This document shows positions 51,201 to 59,238 of a stretch of 64,000 nt of DNA, piece after piece. Numbering within the stretch: position 1 is the first letter of the stretch; each line of letters starts with the position of its first letter. Where the stretch lies: NCBI GenBank assembly GCA_963749345.1, contig CAVVMO010000001.1, positions 883,336 through 947,335 on the forward strand, in the 5' to 3' direction. Both the position numbers and the translations under genes were made by a program. Under the pieces are notes generated by a model. The model made no database searches. It was given only the letters and a program-made list of their open reading frames with translations, and was not told the origin of the DNA. Source of the stretch: an uncultured Bacteroidales bacterium. Lineage in GTDB: Bacteria; Bacteroidota; Bacteroidia; Bacteroidales; JAADJA01.

Positions 51201-51511
51201 CACCATACAAGGATAAGCCTCATTTATTTCTGAGCAAGAAATCCTTTGATTGCAGTGATGAGGGTTACCATTATGATCCACTGAGGGGGCGGCTTTATTT
51301 CAAGCAAAAGATGCGGTCTTATTCGTTAGTCAAATCAGGCAATAATTACATTTTCGGGAATAATAATTCTTCAGCCGTATTAGAAGCTGCGACCTTAAAA
51401 GTAATAAGTTCTGAGCTGAAGGACGACCATGCAATATATTTGGATAAAGCCGCTGAAATGTCATTAATTTTGGCGGGAGCAAAAGAATTTTGGACGGGTT
51501 CAATTAAATAA
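48233..51511 (+). CDS. ygfK: YgfK-like Fe-S flavoprotein ('putative selenate reductase subunit')
   Basis: GTAAGPHTQ..QNI...W..GARYIELKT; CIYAPCVDTCP; CDHFCQTKC; GAGPSG; GGGNTAMD; CDELCNICVTVCPN; CNDCGNCSTFCP. Confidence 0.85.
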   Translation: MKDGFEILPLRQLVEITLNQLNNKDSFFGIPKELFFEPKPTDPFRLIRFDQLLETPIGTAAGPHTQMSQNIVAAWLCGARYIELKTIQTMDELEVTKPCIDMQDEGYNCEWSQELRIHESFDQYLNAWILVHILKDKLGHPLEESLGTIFNMSIGYDLKGILKENVQWFIDQMKDCSLQKVAKINEIQDIYPGIERLNIPDCISDNVTLSTMHGCPPDEIEKIGLYLIEEKKLHTIIKLNPTLLGKEKLSSILKKSGFETIIPDEAFEHDLKYPDALQIIHTLKKAADKNKVYFGLKLTNTLESTNLKKVLPPEEKTIYMSGRALHPIAINLAAKLQKDFNGLLDISLSAGANAFNTPKVISCGLVPVTVCTDLLKPGGYGLLNQYLVNLVEKMEFKKSYSIEDYIRKTSGDNNTIAGSQINLYNYAIEVLEEKKYQLTELHKPDIKTDRKLNYFDCIYAPCVDTCPTHQDIPDYLHFAAKGDFSNAFESIFLTNPFPNTTGMICDHFCQTKCTRINYDNPLLIREIKRLVAEAFTDQLTSNQQPENGVKVAVLGAGPSGLACAFYLTLGGFEVDVFESKSVAGGMVNEAIPAFRLNEAGLKKDLERLEKAGVKIFFNSEINELRFKEIRSEYNFIYISTGAWSSRIFAIDGINSKGVVDPLKFLADMKKGIRPEIGKNIAVIGGGNTAMDAARSAFRLTGKNGKVTILYRRSKALMPAAPDEIKAVEEEGISIIDLTLPVRVNSINNQVKSLTCVKINLEQKNGTGRPMPFEIPNSEFDLEFDTVIPAIGQDAEFNFIEKKLIATETKGYETQIQNIFIGGDAKRGGSTIINAIADGRKTAELIMQRAGYPLELYQIKRVQEEFNKLMAKKMVRERAVRIPETSLNDRKNFNLVTNTLPVDLAQKEASRCLLCDELCNICVTVCPNLACYSYQVEPFQVNLQKIHKKNGHLTISDDKTFGVKQNYQILHIADWCNDCGNCSTFCPTSGSPYKDKPHLFLSKKSFDCSDEGYHYDPLRGRLYFKQKMRSYSLVKSGNNYIFGNNNSSAVLEAATLKVISSELKDDHAIYLDKAAEMSLILAGAKEFWTGSIK

Positions 51512-51514
51512 ACT

Positions 51515-52984
51515 ATGAAAAGCAAAGAGGAAGTTTTAGCTAATACTATTAAGCGCTGCCGCGAAAAGCACATCATCATACCTACGTATAAACAAATGCG
51601 CAATCCCGAATTGATCCCCCGAAGAATTCAGGATAAGCTGAAAAATATCGGGCTATGGGATTTAAATTCATTGAACCTCTTCAGGATTAACTGGAAAAAT
51701 GAACCTGTTGATTTCGGGGGAGGTTTTGGAAAAGTCAATATCCTTGAAATACCTCCCACACTTTCTGGAGTGAAGGCAAGGATTTTTATTTTAATCGGTA
51801 AATTCTTCCCCACAGGTGCACATAAAGTAGGTGCTACTTTCGGCCCTTTGGTCGAAAAACTGGTTACCGGTCAGTTCGATCCCACCTGGCAAAAAGCATT
51901 GTGGCCTTCAACAGGGAATTATTGCCGTGGAGGGGCTTACGATTCTTACCTTCTGGGATGCAATTCAATTGCAGTTCTTCCTGAAGAAATGTCGAAAGAG
52001 CGTTTCGAATGGCTTCATAGAGTGGGTGCTGAAGTTTTCGCTACACATGGCTGCGAAAGCAATGTTAAAGAGATTTATGACAAAGTAAAAGAACTCAAAG
52101 CAGAAAGAGGAGAGGAAATTGTAAACCTCAACCAGTTTGAAGAATTTGGTAATCCGCGCTGGCATTATGCAGTTACCGGACCAGCAATGGAAGAAGTATT
52201 TACAACAGTGAAAACTGAAAAAAGCAGGTTTAGTGCGGTATTTCTTACACAAGGATCAGCCGGAACGCTAGGAAGCACGGATTATCTTCGTGAACGATTT
52301 CCAATGATGAAAGTCTGCGCAGGAGAAGCCTTGCAGTGCCCTACCCTGCTTTATAACGGATATGGTGGACATCGCATCGAAGGCATTGGCGATAAACATG
52401 TGCCCTGGGTTCACAACATTAAAAACATGGACATGGTAGCTGGTATTGATGACGATGCCAACATCCGGATCATGCGGCTGTTCAACGAAGTTGCAGGCAG
52501 AAATTATTTGATCAATGAAATTGGTATTGATCCGCTCCTGGCAGATAAATTAGGATTGCTTGGCATTTCATCCATAGCTAACCTGATGGGAGCAATCAAG
52601 ATGGCAAAGTATTACGAAATGAATGGGGATGATTTTGTCTTTACCGTTGCCACCGACTCAATGGAAATGTATCGCTCCAGGCTCCGTGAAGAAAATGAAA
52701 GCCATGGCAATTTTGATGCACTTAATGCTGCCATTTCCTATGAAGCCGATTTGCTTAAACTTTCCATCGATTACATGATTGAATTGAACCATTATGACAA
52801 AAAGAGAATTCATAACCTGAAATACTTCACCTGGATCGAACAACAGGGTAAGACCGTTGAAGAACTGAATGATCAATGGTTTGACAACAATTACTGGAAA
52901 GCAAAATATTCAGGTATTGATTCATGGGATGAGAAGATCAATGAGTTCAATGAAAAGACCGGGTTATTGAAGGAATATGAGTAA
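51515..52984 (+). CDS. PLP-dependent fold-type II enzyme of unknown substrate
   Basis: FPTGAHKVG (PLP Lys), STGNY, NQF, GSAGTLG, HRIEGIGDKH (cysteine synthase-like features). Confidence 0.8.
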   Translation: MKSKEEVLANTIKRCREKHIIIPTYKQMRNPELIPRRIQDKLKNIGLWDLNSLNLFRINWKNEPVDFGGGFGKVNILEIPPTLSGVKARIFILIGKFFPTGAHKVGATFGPLVEKLVTGQFDPTWQKALWPSTGNYCRGGAYDSYLLGCNSIAVLPEEMSKERFEWLHRVGAEVFATHGCESNVKEIYDKVKELKAERGEEIVNLNQFEEFGNPRWHYAVTGPAMEEVFTTVKTEKSRFSAVFLTQGSAGTLGSTDYLRERFPMMKVCAGEALQCPTLLYNGYGGHRIEGIGDKHVPWVHNIKNMDMVAGIDDDANIRIMRLFNEVAGRNYLINEIGIDPLLADKLGLLGISSIANLMGAIKMAKYYEMNGDDFVFTVATDSMEMYRSRLREENESHGNFDALNAAISYEADLLKLSIDYMIELNHYDKKRIHNLKYFTWIEQQGKTVEELNDQWFDNNYWKAKYSGIDSWDEKINEFNEKTGLLKEYE

Positions 52985-54209
52985 AGCATTCGTTTATTAT
53001 TGCCCCAACTGCGACAAGGAATATCCCGGAACGGAGATCATCTACCTGTGTCCCGGTTGTAGCAATAACAATTTTCTCCCTCCAAAGGGAGTCCTCCGGG
53101 TCATTTACGATTATCTTGATATACCCCGGGAATCAGACATTTTCCACTACTTAATTTCGACCGGATTTATCGACCTTCTCCCTATCCGGTCATTAAATTC
53201 ACTTCCTCCTTTGCGAATAGGAAATACGCCTCTTTACGCATTCAATAGATTTGCAGGTAAACCCCTGTCATTTGAATTATTATTAAAGGATGATTCCCTA
53301 AATCCGACATTTTCTTTCAAGGATCGTGCTTCTGCTTTGGTCTCTGCTTTTGCCAAAGAACATGGTCAAAACACCATCATCACTGCTTCAACAGGAAATG
53401 CAGGCTCATCTCTCGCAGGTATATGTGCATCCCAGGGACAAAAAGCCATGATTGTTGTTCCTTCCGACGCACCGGTTGCCAAACTCACCCAGATTTTAAT
53501 GTATGGAGCGACAATTATTCCCATACTCGGAACCTATGATGATGCATTTGAACTGAGTATTCAGGCCACCCGGGAATTTGGTTGGTATAATCGCAATACC
53601 GCCTTTAATCCCCTCACCATTGAAGGCAAAAAAACAGTCGCTTTTGAGTTATTTCAGCAAATGAATGGCCGTCTCCCCGACCGGATATTTGTACCCGTTG
53701 GCGATGGTGTAATTATTTCAGGGGTCTACAGGGGCTTCGAAGACCTTTTCATTTTAAATCTTATCGAAAGAATTCCCATTATTGTTGCAGTGCAGGCCGA
53801 AGGAAGTTCTAATCTTATCAGCAATCTTCAGGCTGAAGAATTCAAAGTCAGGAAAAGTCATACCATTGCCGATTCAATTGCTGTTGATTATCCACGGAAT
53901 TTTTATATGGCTCGTGGTTACATCAACGATTACGCTGGAGAAGCGATTTCTGTCACCGATCTGGAGATTCTCGATGCCTCGCGTCAACTTGCTGTCAATA
54001 CAGGCATTTTTATCGAACCTGCATCGGCTGCTGCAGTCGCCGGAATGCTGAAATATTACAAAGAGGATAAGCTCAATACCGGCACAAGAAATGTTGTCCT
54101 GCTCACCGGCAGCGGGCTAAAGGATATTAATGCCGTTCAACCATTATTGAACTTGCCCGCTCCCATTGAACCAAAAATAGCTGAAATTCAAACCCTCCTG
54201 AAACTTTAG
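52977..54209 (+). CDS. Threonine synthase-like PLP enzyme with N-terminal Zn-finger
   Basis: CPNC...CPGC; NPTFSFKDRAS; ASTGNAG; PVGDGVI; EPASAA; LLTGSGLKD. Confidence 0.85.
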   Translation: MSKAFVYYCPNCDKEYPGTEIIYLCPGCSNNNFLPPKGVLRVIYDYLDIPRESDIFHYLISTGFIDLLPIRSLNSLPPLRIGNTPLYAFNRFAGKPLSFELLLKDDSLNPTFSFKDRASALVSAFAKEHGQNTIITASTGNAGSSLAGICASQGQKAMIVVPSDAPVAKLTQILMYGATIIPILGTYDDAFELSIQATREFGWYNRNTAFNPLTIEGKKTVAFELFQQMNGRLPDRIFVPVGDGVIISGVYRGFEDLFILNLIERIPIIVAVQAEGSSNLISNLQAEEFKVRKSHTIADSIAVDYPRNFYMARGYINDYAGEAISVTDLEILDASRQLAVNTGIFIEPASAAAVAGMLKYYKEDKLNTGTRNVVLLTGSGLKDINAVQPLLNLPAPIEPKIAEIQTLLKL

Positions 54210-54217
54210 TTTTAATT

Positions 54218-54346
54218 ATGTCCGAAAAAACCATCCTTTACATTGCAGCCACCATCGTCCTTCTCCATATCATCATAGGATTTGGCTGGGTATTATGGAA
54301 AATGAGAAGGCGCAAGCCCACACATGATAATAAACAAGGTAATTAG
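54218..54346 (+). CDS. Small single-TM protein (42 aa)
   Basis: MSEKTILYIAATIVLLHIIIGFGWVLWKMRRRKPTHDNKQGN; starts 8 nt after the threonine synthase-like stop and ends before the terminator. Confidence 0.55.
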   Translation: MSEKTILYIAATIVLLHIIIGFGWVLWKMRRRKPTHDNKQGN

Positions 54347-54390
54347 AAGAATTCTTAAATCATTTTAAATAGTTTGACGGTCAATTACCT

Positions 54391-54436
54391 GAAATAAAAA
54401 AAGGAAGCCGATTTAACTTCAACTTCCTTTTATTTC
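54391..54436. terminator. Bidirectional terminator between the PLP operon and tRNA-His
   Basis: gaaataaaaaaaggaag...cttccttttatttc. Confidence 0.65.
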
Positions 54437-54439
54437 CTG

Positions 54440-54514
54440 GGTGGAAGATGGGGCTCGAACCCACGGCCTTCAGATCCACAATCTGACGCTCTAACCAGCT
54501 GAGCTACAACCACC
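54440..54514 (-). tRNA. tRNA-His(GTG)
   Basis: Reverse complement GGTGGTTGTAGCTCAGCTGGTTAGAGCGTCAGATTGTGGATCTGAAGGCCGTGGGTTCGAGCCCCATCTTCCACC; anticodon arm TCAGA-TTGTGGA-TCTGA; G-1:C73. Confidence 0.95.
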
Positions 54515-54528
54515 GTATAAATGCGGTG

Positions 54529-54536
54529 CAAATTTA
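54529..54536 (-). promoter_or_regulatory. Bacteroidota -7 element for tRNA-His
   Basis: Reverse complement taaatttg, 14 nt upstream of the tRNA 5' end. Confidence 0.6.
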
Positions 54537-54572
54537 AGATATTTTTACAAACTCAATAATGAAATTTTTTAT

Positions 54573-54580
54573 TAATTTTG
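54573..54580 (+). promoter_or_regulatory. Bacteroidota -7 element for the 54608 gene
   Basis: taattttg about 27 nt before the ATG. Confidence 0.5.
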
Positions 54581-54607
54581 TATCGACAAATCTAACTCTT
54601 TAAATAT

Positions 54608-55885
54608 ATGAAAAAAAGTTTAACTATTTCTTCTTTTTTGGCAGTAGCCACACTTTTTATGGTGCTCCTCTTTGCAAGCTTTACATTACCTGACTACAAA
54701 AACACAAAAGCCACAACCGGAGGACTGCTAACATTTACTGTAAGAACTGTAACTGATAACGGAACCTATTCCCCAAAACATGTTCTGGCCATTTGGGTCG
54801 AAGACGCCGATGGTTTTGTTAAAACCAGAAAAGCGATGGCCAATCAGCGGAAACAATACCTGTACACATGGAAAGCAGCTTCAAACTATAACGTGGTGGA
54901 TGCAATTACCGGCTCAACACTCACCAGCCACCAAACCCATACTGTTGAATGGAACTGTACAGATCTTTCCGGTAATATTGTACCCGATGGAGATTACACT
55001 GTTTGGGTTGAATTCACAGGTAAGCATGCTCAGGGACCTTTGTACAACATTACCTTTGCCAAAGGGCCTAATGCCCAATCTTTTAGCCCAGCTGACCAAA
55101 CCTATTTTAAAGATATACAGCTCGATTTTATTCCCTATGTTGCTGAATTTACATCCGATGTAACTGATATTTGCCAAAGTGAAATTGTAACGTTTACTGA
55201 TCAGTCAGTCGGTGCAACTTCATGGTCCTGGAATTTTGGTGCAGGTGCATCACCTGCTTCAGCTATTACCATGGGTCCTCATACCGTGATATATTCAACA
55301 CCTGGTCCTAAATCAGTAAGTTTAACAATTAATAGTTCCGTTACTGAAACAAAACAAAACATGATTACAGTTAATGCTTCACCAACCGCCGAGTTCAGCT
55401 TTTCCGGAATTGAATATACAGTAGAATTTCTGAATGGTTCCGTAAATGCAACTTCATATTTATGGGATTTTGGAGATGGAAATACAAGTACTGAAAATAA
55501 TCCATCTCACACCTATGCCAGCGCTGGCACTTATATAGTTTCGCTTACTGCCACCTATATGGATTGCAATGATCTTATAACTCATGAAGTTTCGCTACCC
55601 ATGGTTGGGTTCAACAATCAATTGATTAACAATAATGAAGCAGTTTCAATATTTCCTAATCCTTCAGCTGGATTAATAAGCATAAGAATGAATGAACAAG
55701 CCCCTGGAACTGTTTCAGTAACTGTTTTTAATACTTTAGGGAAGATTATTCATGAATCAACCACTTCAAACCTGACAGTAAATCACACCATAAATCTTGA
55801 TCTGTCAAATCAGCCTAAAGGAATCTACTACATAAAAATTGGAAGCAACAACCTGAAAGCGAATAAGAAAATCATGCTTTATTAA
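54608..55885 (+). CDS. DUF2271 plus PKD domain protein with T9SS type A CTD
   Basis: HVLAIWVEDADGFVKT...DAITGST (DUF2271-like); WSWNFG and YLWDFGDG..STENNPSHTY (PKD); IFPNPS...GIYYIKI...KKIMLY. Confidence 0.82.
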   Translation: MKKSLTISSFLAVATLFMVLLFASFTLPDYKNTKATTGGLLTFTVRTVTDNGTYSPKHVLAIWVEDADGFVKTRKAMANQRKQYLYTWKAASNYNVVDAITGSTLTSHQTHTVEWNCTDLSGNIVPDGDYTVWVEFTGKHAQGPLYNITFAKGPNAQSFSPADQTYFKDIQLDFIPYVAEFTSDVTDICQSEIVTFTDQSVGATSWSWNFGAGASPASAITMGPHTVIYSTPGPKSVSLTINSSVTETKQNMITVNASPTAEFSFSGIEYTVEFLNGSVNATSYLWDFGDGNTSTENNPSHTYASAGTYIVSLTATYMDCNDLITHEVSLPMVGFNNQLINNNEAVSIFPNPSAGLISIRMNEQAPGTVSVTVFNTLGKIIHESTTSNLTVNHTINLDLSNQPKGIYYIKIGSNNLKANKKIMLY

Positions 55886-56366
55886 GCAGGAATTACTTTA
55901 AAGGCAACAAATTTTCATCCGCTATATTTAATGACGCTTCCCTTTGTCAATGTCAAAGTTCGGGATACCCTGACTCAATTGTAACATTCTGGTATTTGGC
56001 ATTTATCTTTTATTAAACTTAAAGACCCTCAATTTTCCAGATGTGCCTAAAACAAAAAGGTATATGCGGGGTACAACCTGTTATGAATTTCCAAGGATAC
56101 GAAGCTTATTGATTACTCCTAAATCTCCAAATTAGCATTCTCCTAAAATTGGGATTAATTTATTTGTTTTAAAGTCAATTAAATAATTTAAGTCTTCAAT
56201 TTGTCCTTCTATTCAATAGACCCGATTTATTCCTAAAAAAATTGGACATATGGAGCTCAATGCTAGTATAACCAAAAGGTCTTTACGGAAAGGTTATGCA
56301 TTTCTATTTTAACTTTTTTTCTTTCAAAGGAAACTAATCGTCAAATAAAATTAAATCCTGGTGATT

Positions 56367-56386
56367 AATTCAACAGTTGTTGAATT
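56367..56386. promoter_or_regulatory. Perfect 8-4-8 palindrome, candidate activator binding site
   Basis: aattcaac-agtt-gttgaatt about 155 nt upstream of the putative -24/-12 element. Confidence 0.4.
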
Positions 56387-56539
56387 TGTTTACAGCATCA
56401 TTAAAAACTTGTTTTACTGATCTATACATAATGTTTATGCCAATAGTGTTTAATTTTTAAACACCATAGTGTGAATGAATTTTAAACATCTCTTTTGTTA
56501 TAATATTGAATATAATATAGTTATAACTGATTTATAGCT

Positions 56540-56556
56540 TTGGTATCAAAGTTGAA
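56540..56556 (+). promoter_or_regulatory. Putative sigma-54 (-24/-12) promoter
   Basis: TTGGTATCAAAGTTGAA: GG-N10-GA versus consensus TGGCAC-N5-TTGC; a sigma-54 activator is encoded at the end of the same gene run. Confidence 0.45.
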
Positions 56557-56621
56557 ATACCTTTAAAAATATAAGTTAATTATATATGATTTTTTTTACA
56601 ACTATTTTAAAACTAAATATT

Positions 56622-58334
56622 ATGAAAAATACATTTCTTCTTTTCGTAAGTTTTTTACTCCTTTATTCAAGTTTTGCAATTAGTAAAGAAGTATTGAAAA
56701 AAGACAATACAGTCAAGGATAATACAATAACTATTTTGTGTTCTCCCGATTTGTATGATCTCACAAAGCAATGGACAAGCGCCTATTGCAAGTTTAATCC
56801 CAGCACTGAAATTAACTTAATTACCGCCAATCCTGATGCGTTGGGCAGCAAGTTTAACACTGGTGTAAATTTAGGTTTTATTTCAAATCGATATTATCCA
56901 TCGATTGAAAGTGTAAGCAATTCGCTATGGGTAGTGGTGATTGGTCGGGATATCATTGTTCCGATTATTAATTCTAAAAATCCATTTATCGATAAAATCA
57001 ATCAACAGGGTATTTCATCCTTTGAGTTGGCTGAAATATTTGAAAACCCACAAACGCAGAACTGGAGGTCACTCATTGAAAACGGGGAAAATGCTCCTTT
57101 GAATTACTATTTGATAGCAAATGAATCAGTAAAATCAGATGTGGCAAATTTCATGAATGTAAATCAAATAAATATTAAGGGAATAGAAGTAAATATTGGT
57201 AAAGAACTTGTCACTGCTGTTCAAAATGATCCTTACGCGATAGGTTTTTGTAAATTAACCGATATTATTAATTCCGGCAATCAGGATTTTGTTGACAATA
57301 TAAAGTTGCTGCCAATCGATAAAAACGGGAACGGGCAAATTGATTACTTTGAAAAAATATATGATAATCTGAATGATTTCTCCAGAGGTGTTTGGATAGG
57401 GAAATACCCTAAAACATTGATATGTGAGTTATATTCAGTCTCCAATGGCATTCCGAAAAATGAAACGGAAGTGGCATTTTTGAAATGGGTGCTCACCGAA
57501 GGTCAGCAAATAGTGGTAAATAATGGTTTTAGCGAACTGGTATATAATGAAAGGCAAACGAAGTTGGAAAAGCTAAATGATCATAAGATTTATGCTGAAA
57601 CCACAAAGGATCAATATGCCTTGAAAAACATACTATTTCTTATTTTTATTGTATTCATGGTATTCCTGGCAGGCGGGTTATTTGTTAACGTTATAGTCCG
57701 GAAAAGAAGGAATAATATTAAGACTCAAAATAAAGGCTTATCCAATCATCCTAAAGTGATCAATGAAAATTCTTTGACTGTTCCCAATGGATTGTACTTC
57801 GATAAAACACATACATGGGTTTTTATGGAAAAAGATGGAATTGTCAAAGTAGGTATTGATGATTTCCTGCAGCATATCACTGGACCCTATTCGCATCTGA
57901 AAATGAAAAATCCTGGTGACAAGATAAAAAAGAATGAGCAGATATTGTCTCTTATTCAAAACGGTAAACATTTAAATATATATGCAGCGATTTCAGGAAC
58001 GATAATAGATATAAATGAACATTTGATTACTGATCCTTCAATAATCAACCGCTCCCCTTATGCTGAAGGTTGGGTTTACATGATTGAACCATCCAACTGG
58101 TTACGTGAAATCCAGTTCTTACGAATGGCAGAGAGATACAAAGAATGGATACAAAATGAATTTTCAAAGTTAAAGGATTTTCTTGCTGTTTCGGTGCATA
58201 CCAAAACCGCCGGATATGCCCACGTTACGTTTCAGGAGGGTGGGGAACTTAAAGATAATGTACTACAGGATTTTGGACCTGAAGTCTGGGAAGATTTTCA
58301 AAAAAATTTCATTGATACTGCCGGATTAAGGTGA
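56622..58334 (+). CDS. PstS-like periplasmic binding domain, TM helix and GcvH-like domain fusion
   Basis: Signal peptide; IGRDIIVPIINSKNP...ELAEIF (PBP-like); TM ILFLIFIVFMVFLAGGLFVNVIV; FDKTHTWV...VKVGIDDF...ISG...N..L..DP.IIN.SPY.EGW (H-protein fold). Alternative start at 56586. Confidence 0.8.
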   Translation: MKNTFLLFVSFLLLYSSFAISKEVLKKDNTVKDNTITILCSPDLYDLTKQWTSAYCKFNPSTEINLITANPDALGSKFNTGVNLGFISNRYYPSIESVSNSLWVVVIGRDIIVPIINSKNPFIDKINQQGISSFELAEIFENPQTQNWRSLIENGENAPLNYYLIANESVKSDVANFMNVNQINIKGIEVNIGKELVTAVQNDPYAIGFCKLTDIINSGNQDFVDNIKLLPIDKNGNGQIDYFEKIYDNLNDFSRGVWIGKYPKTLICELYSVSNGIPKNETEVAFLKWVLTEGQQIVVNNGFSELVYNERQTKLEKLNDHKIYAETTKDQYALKNILFLIFIVFMVFLAGGLFVNVIVRKRRNNIKTQNKGLSNHPKVINENSLTVPNGLYFDKTHTWVFMEKDGIVKVGIDDFLQHITGPYSHLKMKNPGDKIKKNEQILSLIQNGKHLNIYAAISGTIIDINEHLITDPSIINRSPYAEGWVYMIEPSNWLREIQFLRMAERYKEWIQNEFSKLKDFLAVSVHTKTAGYAHVTFQEGGELKDNVLQDFGPEVWEDFQKNFIDTAGLR

Positions 58335-58374
58335 ATTTGTCAATAGCTTTCTCTAACAATCAAAATTAGCAGTT

Positions 58375-59238
58375 ATGAGGATAGATAGAAGAAACTTTTT
58401 CAGGGTGCTTGGTTTAACAGGGGCATCACTGGCTATTGGAAGAGAATTGAACGCAGCACCAATAAATGAAAATGAAATTGAATTCAATGGTATTCTATAT
58501 GATTCGACCCGTTGTGTTGGATGCCAGAGTTGCGAATATGCCTGCGCAAAAGCCAACGGTTTGCCGGAACCTACCGATTCACCGGAAATTGGTATGTTGC
58601 GCAAAACTAATGAATCAAGACGATCTGTAATTAACGGTTATAATACTTCGAAGGGCGAAGTTTATGTCAAACGCCAGTGTATGCAATGTAACGAACCGGC
58701 TTGCACTGCGGCTTGCCTGACACAGGCGATGCTTAAAACCAAAGAAGGGCCGGTTATTTGGAGGGGTGAAAAATGCATGGGTTGTCGTTATTGCATGGTT
58801 TCCTGCCCTTTTGATATTCCGAAATTTGAGTATTTCAGTTCGAATCCAAAGATTACAAAGTGCGATATGTGTCATGACCGTCTGCTGGAAGGCAAAATGC
58901 CTGCCTGTGTTGAAAATTGCGAGACAGAAGCACTTGTATTTGGAACGCGATGGGAACTAATCAAAGAGGCACGCAAACGTATTCAGGAAAATCCGGAATT
59001 CTATGTGGATCAAATTTATGGTGAAAAAGAAGCTGGTGGTACTGGATTCCTTTACCTTTCGCCTGTTCCATTTGATGAATTAGGCTTCAGTACAAAAATC
59101 CAAAAGACTTCATACCCCGAATTGTCAAAAGGATTTCTTTATAGTGTCCCGACCATATTTGTTCTTTGGCCGGCAATTTTACTAGGAATTCAGGAAGCCA
59201 CCAAAAATAACCATCATAACGAAGAGGAAAATGAATGA
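58375..59238 (+). CDS. HybA/HmcB-like Tat-exported 4x[4Fe-4S] protein
   Basis: RRNFF Tat motif; CVGCQSCEYAC, CMQCNEPAC...C, CMGCRYCMVSC, CDMC...PACVENC; C-terminal TM. Confidence 0.9.
   Translation: MRIDRRNFFRVLGLTGASLAIGRELNAAPINENEIEFNGILYDSTRCVGCQSCEYACAKANGLPEPTDSPEIGMLRKTNESRRSVINGYNTSKGEVYVKRQCMQCNEPACTAACLTQAMLKTKEGPVIWRGEKCMGCRYCMVSCPFDIPKFEYFSSNPKITKCDMCHDRLLEGKMPACVENCETEALVFGTRWELIKEARKRIQENPEFYVDQIYGEKEAGGTGFLYLSPVPFDELGFSTKIQKTSYPELSKGFLYSVPTIFVLWPAILLGIQEATKNNHHNEEENE

Noticed and set aside
42083-51511. Selenocysteine recoding in the xdh or ygfK genes
   Set aside because: The ORFs are uninterrupted with no in-frame TGA needing read-through; no selD, selA or selB in the window.
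54438-54470. tRNA-His as an integration site for a genomic island
   Set aside because: No integrase in the window, and I saw no direct-repeat copy of the tRNA 3' end; a duplicate outside the window cannot be excluded.
55886-56360. Possible pseudogene or small RNA in the long intergenic region
   Set aside because: The frames I translated close quickly with no recognisable motif, and there is no convincing structured RNA; only weak tcctaaa repeats.
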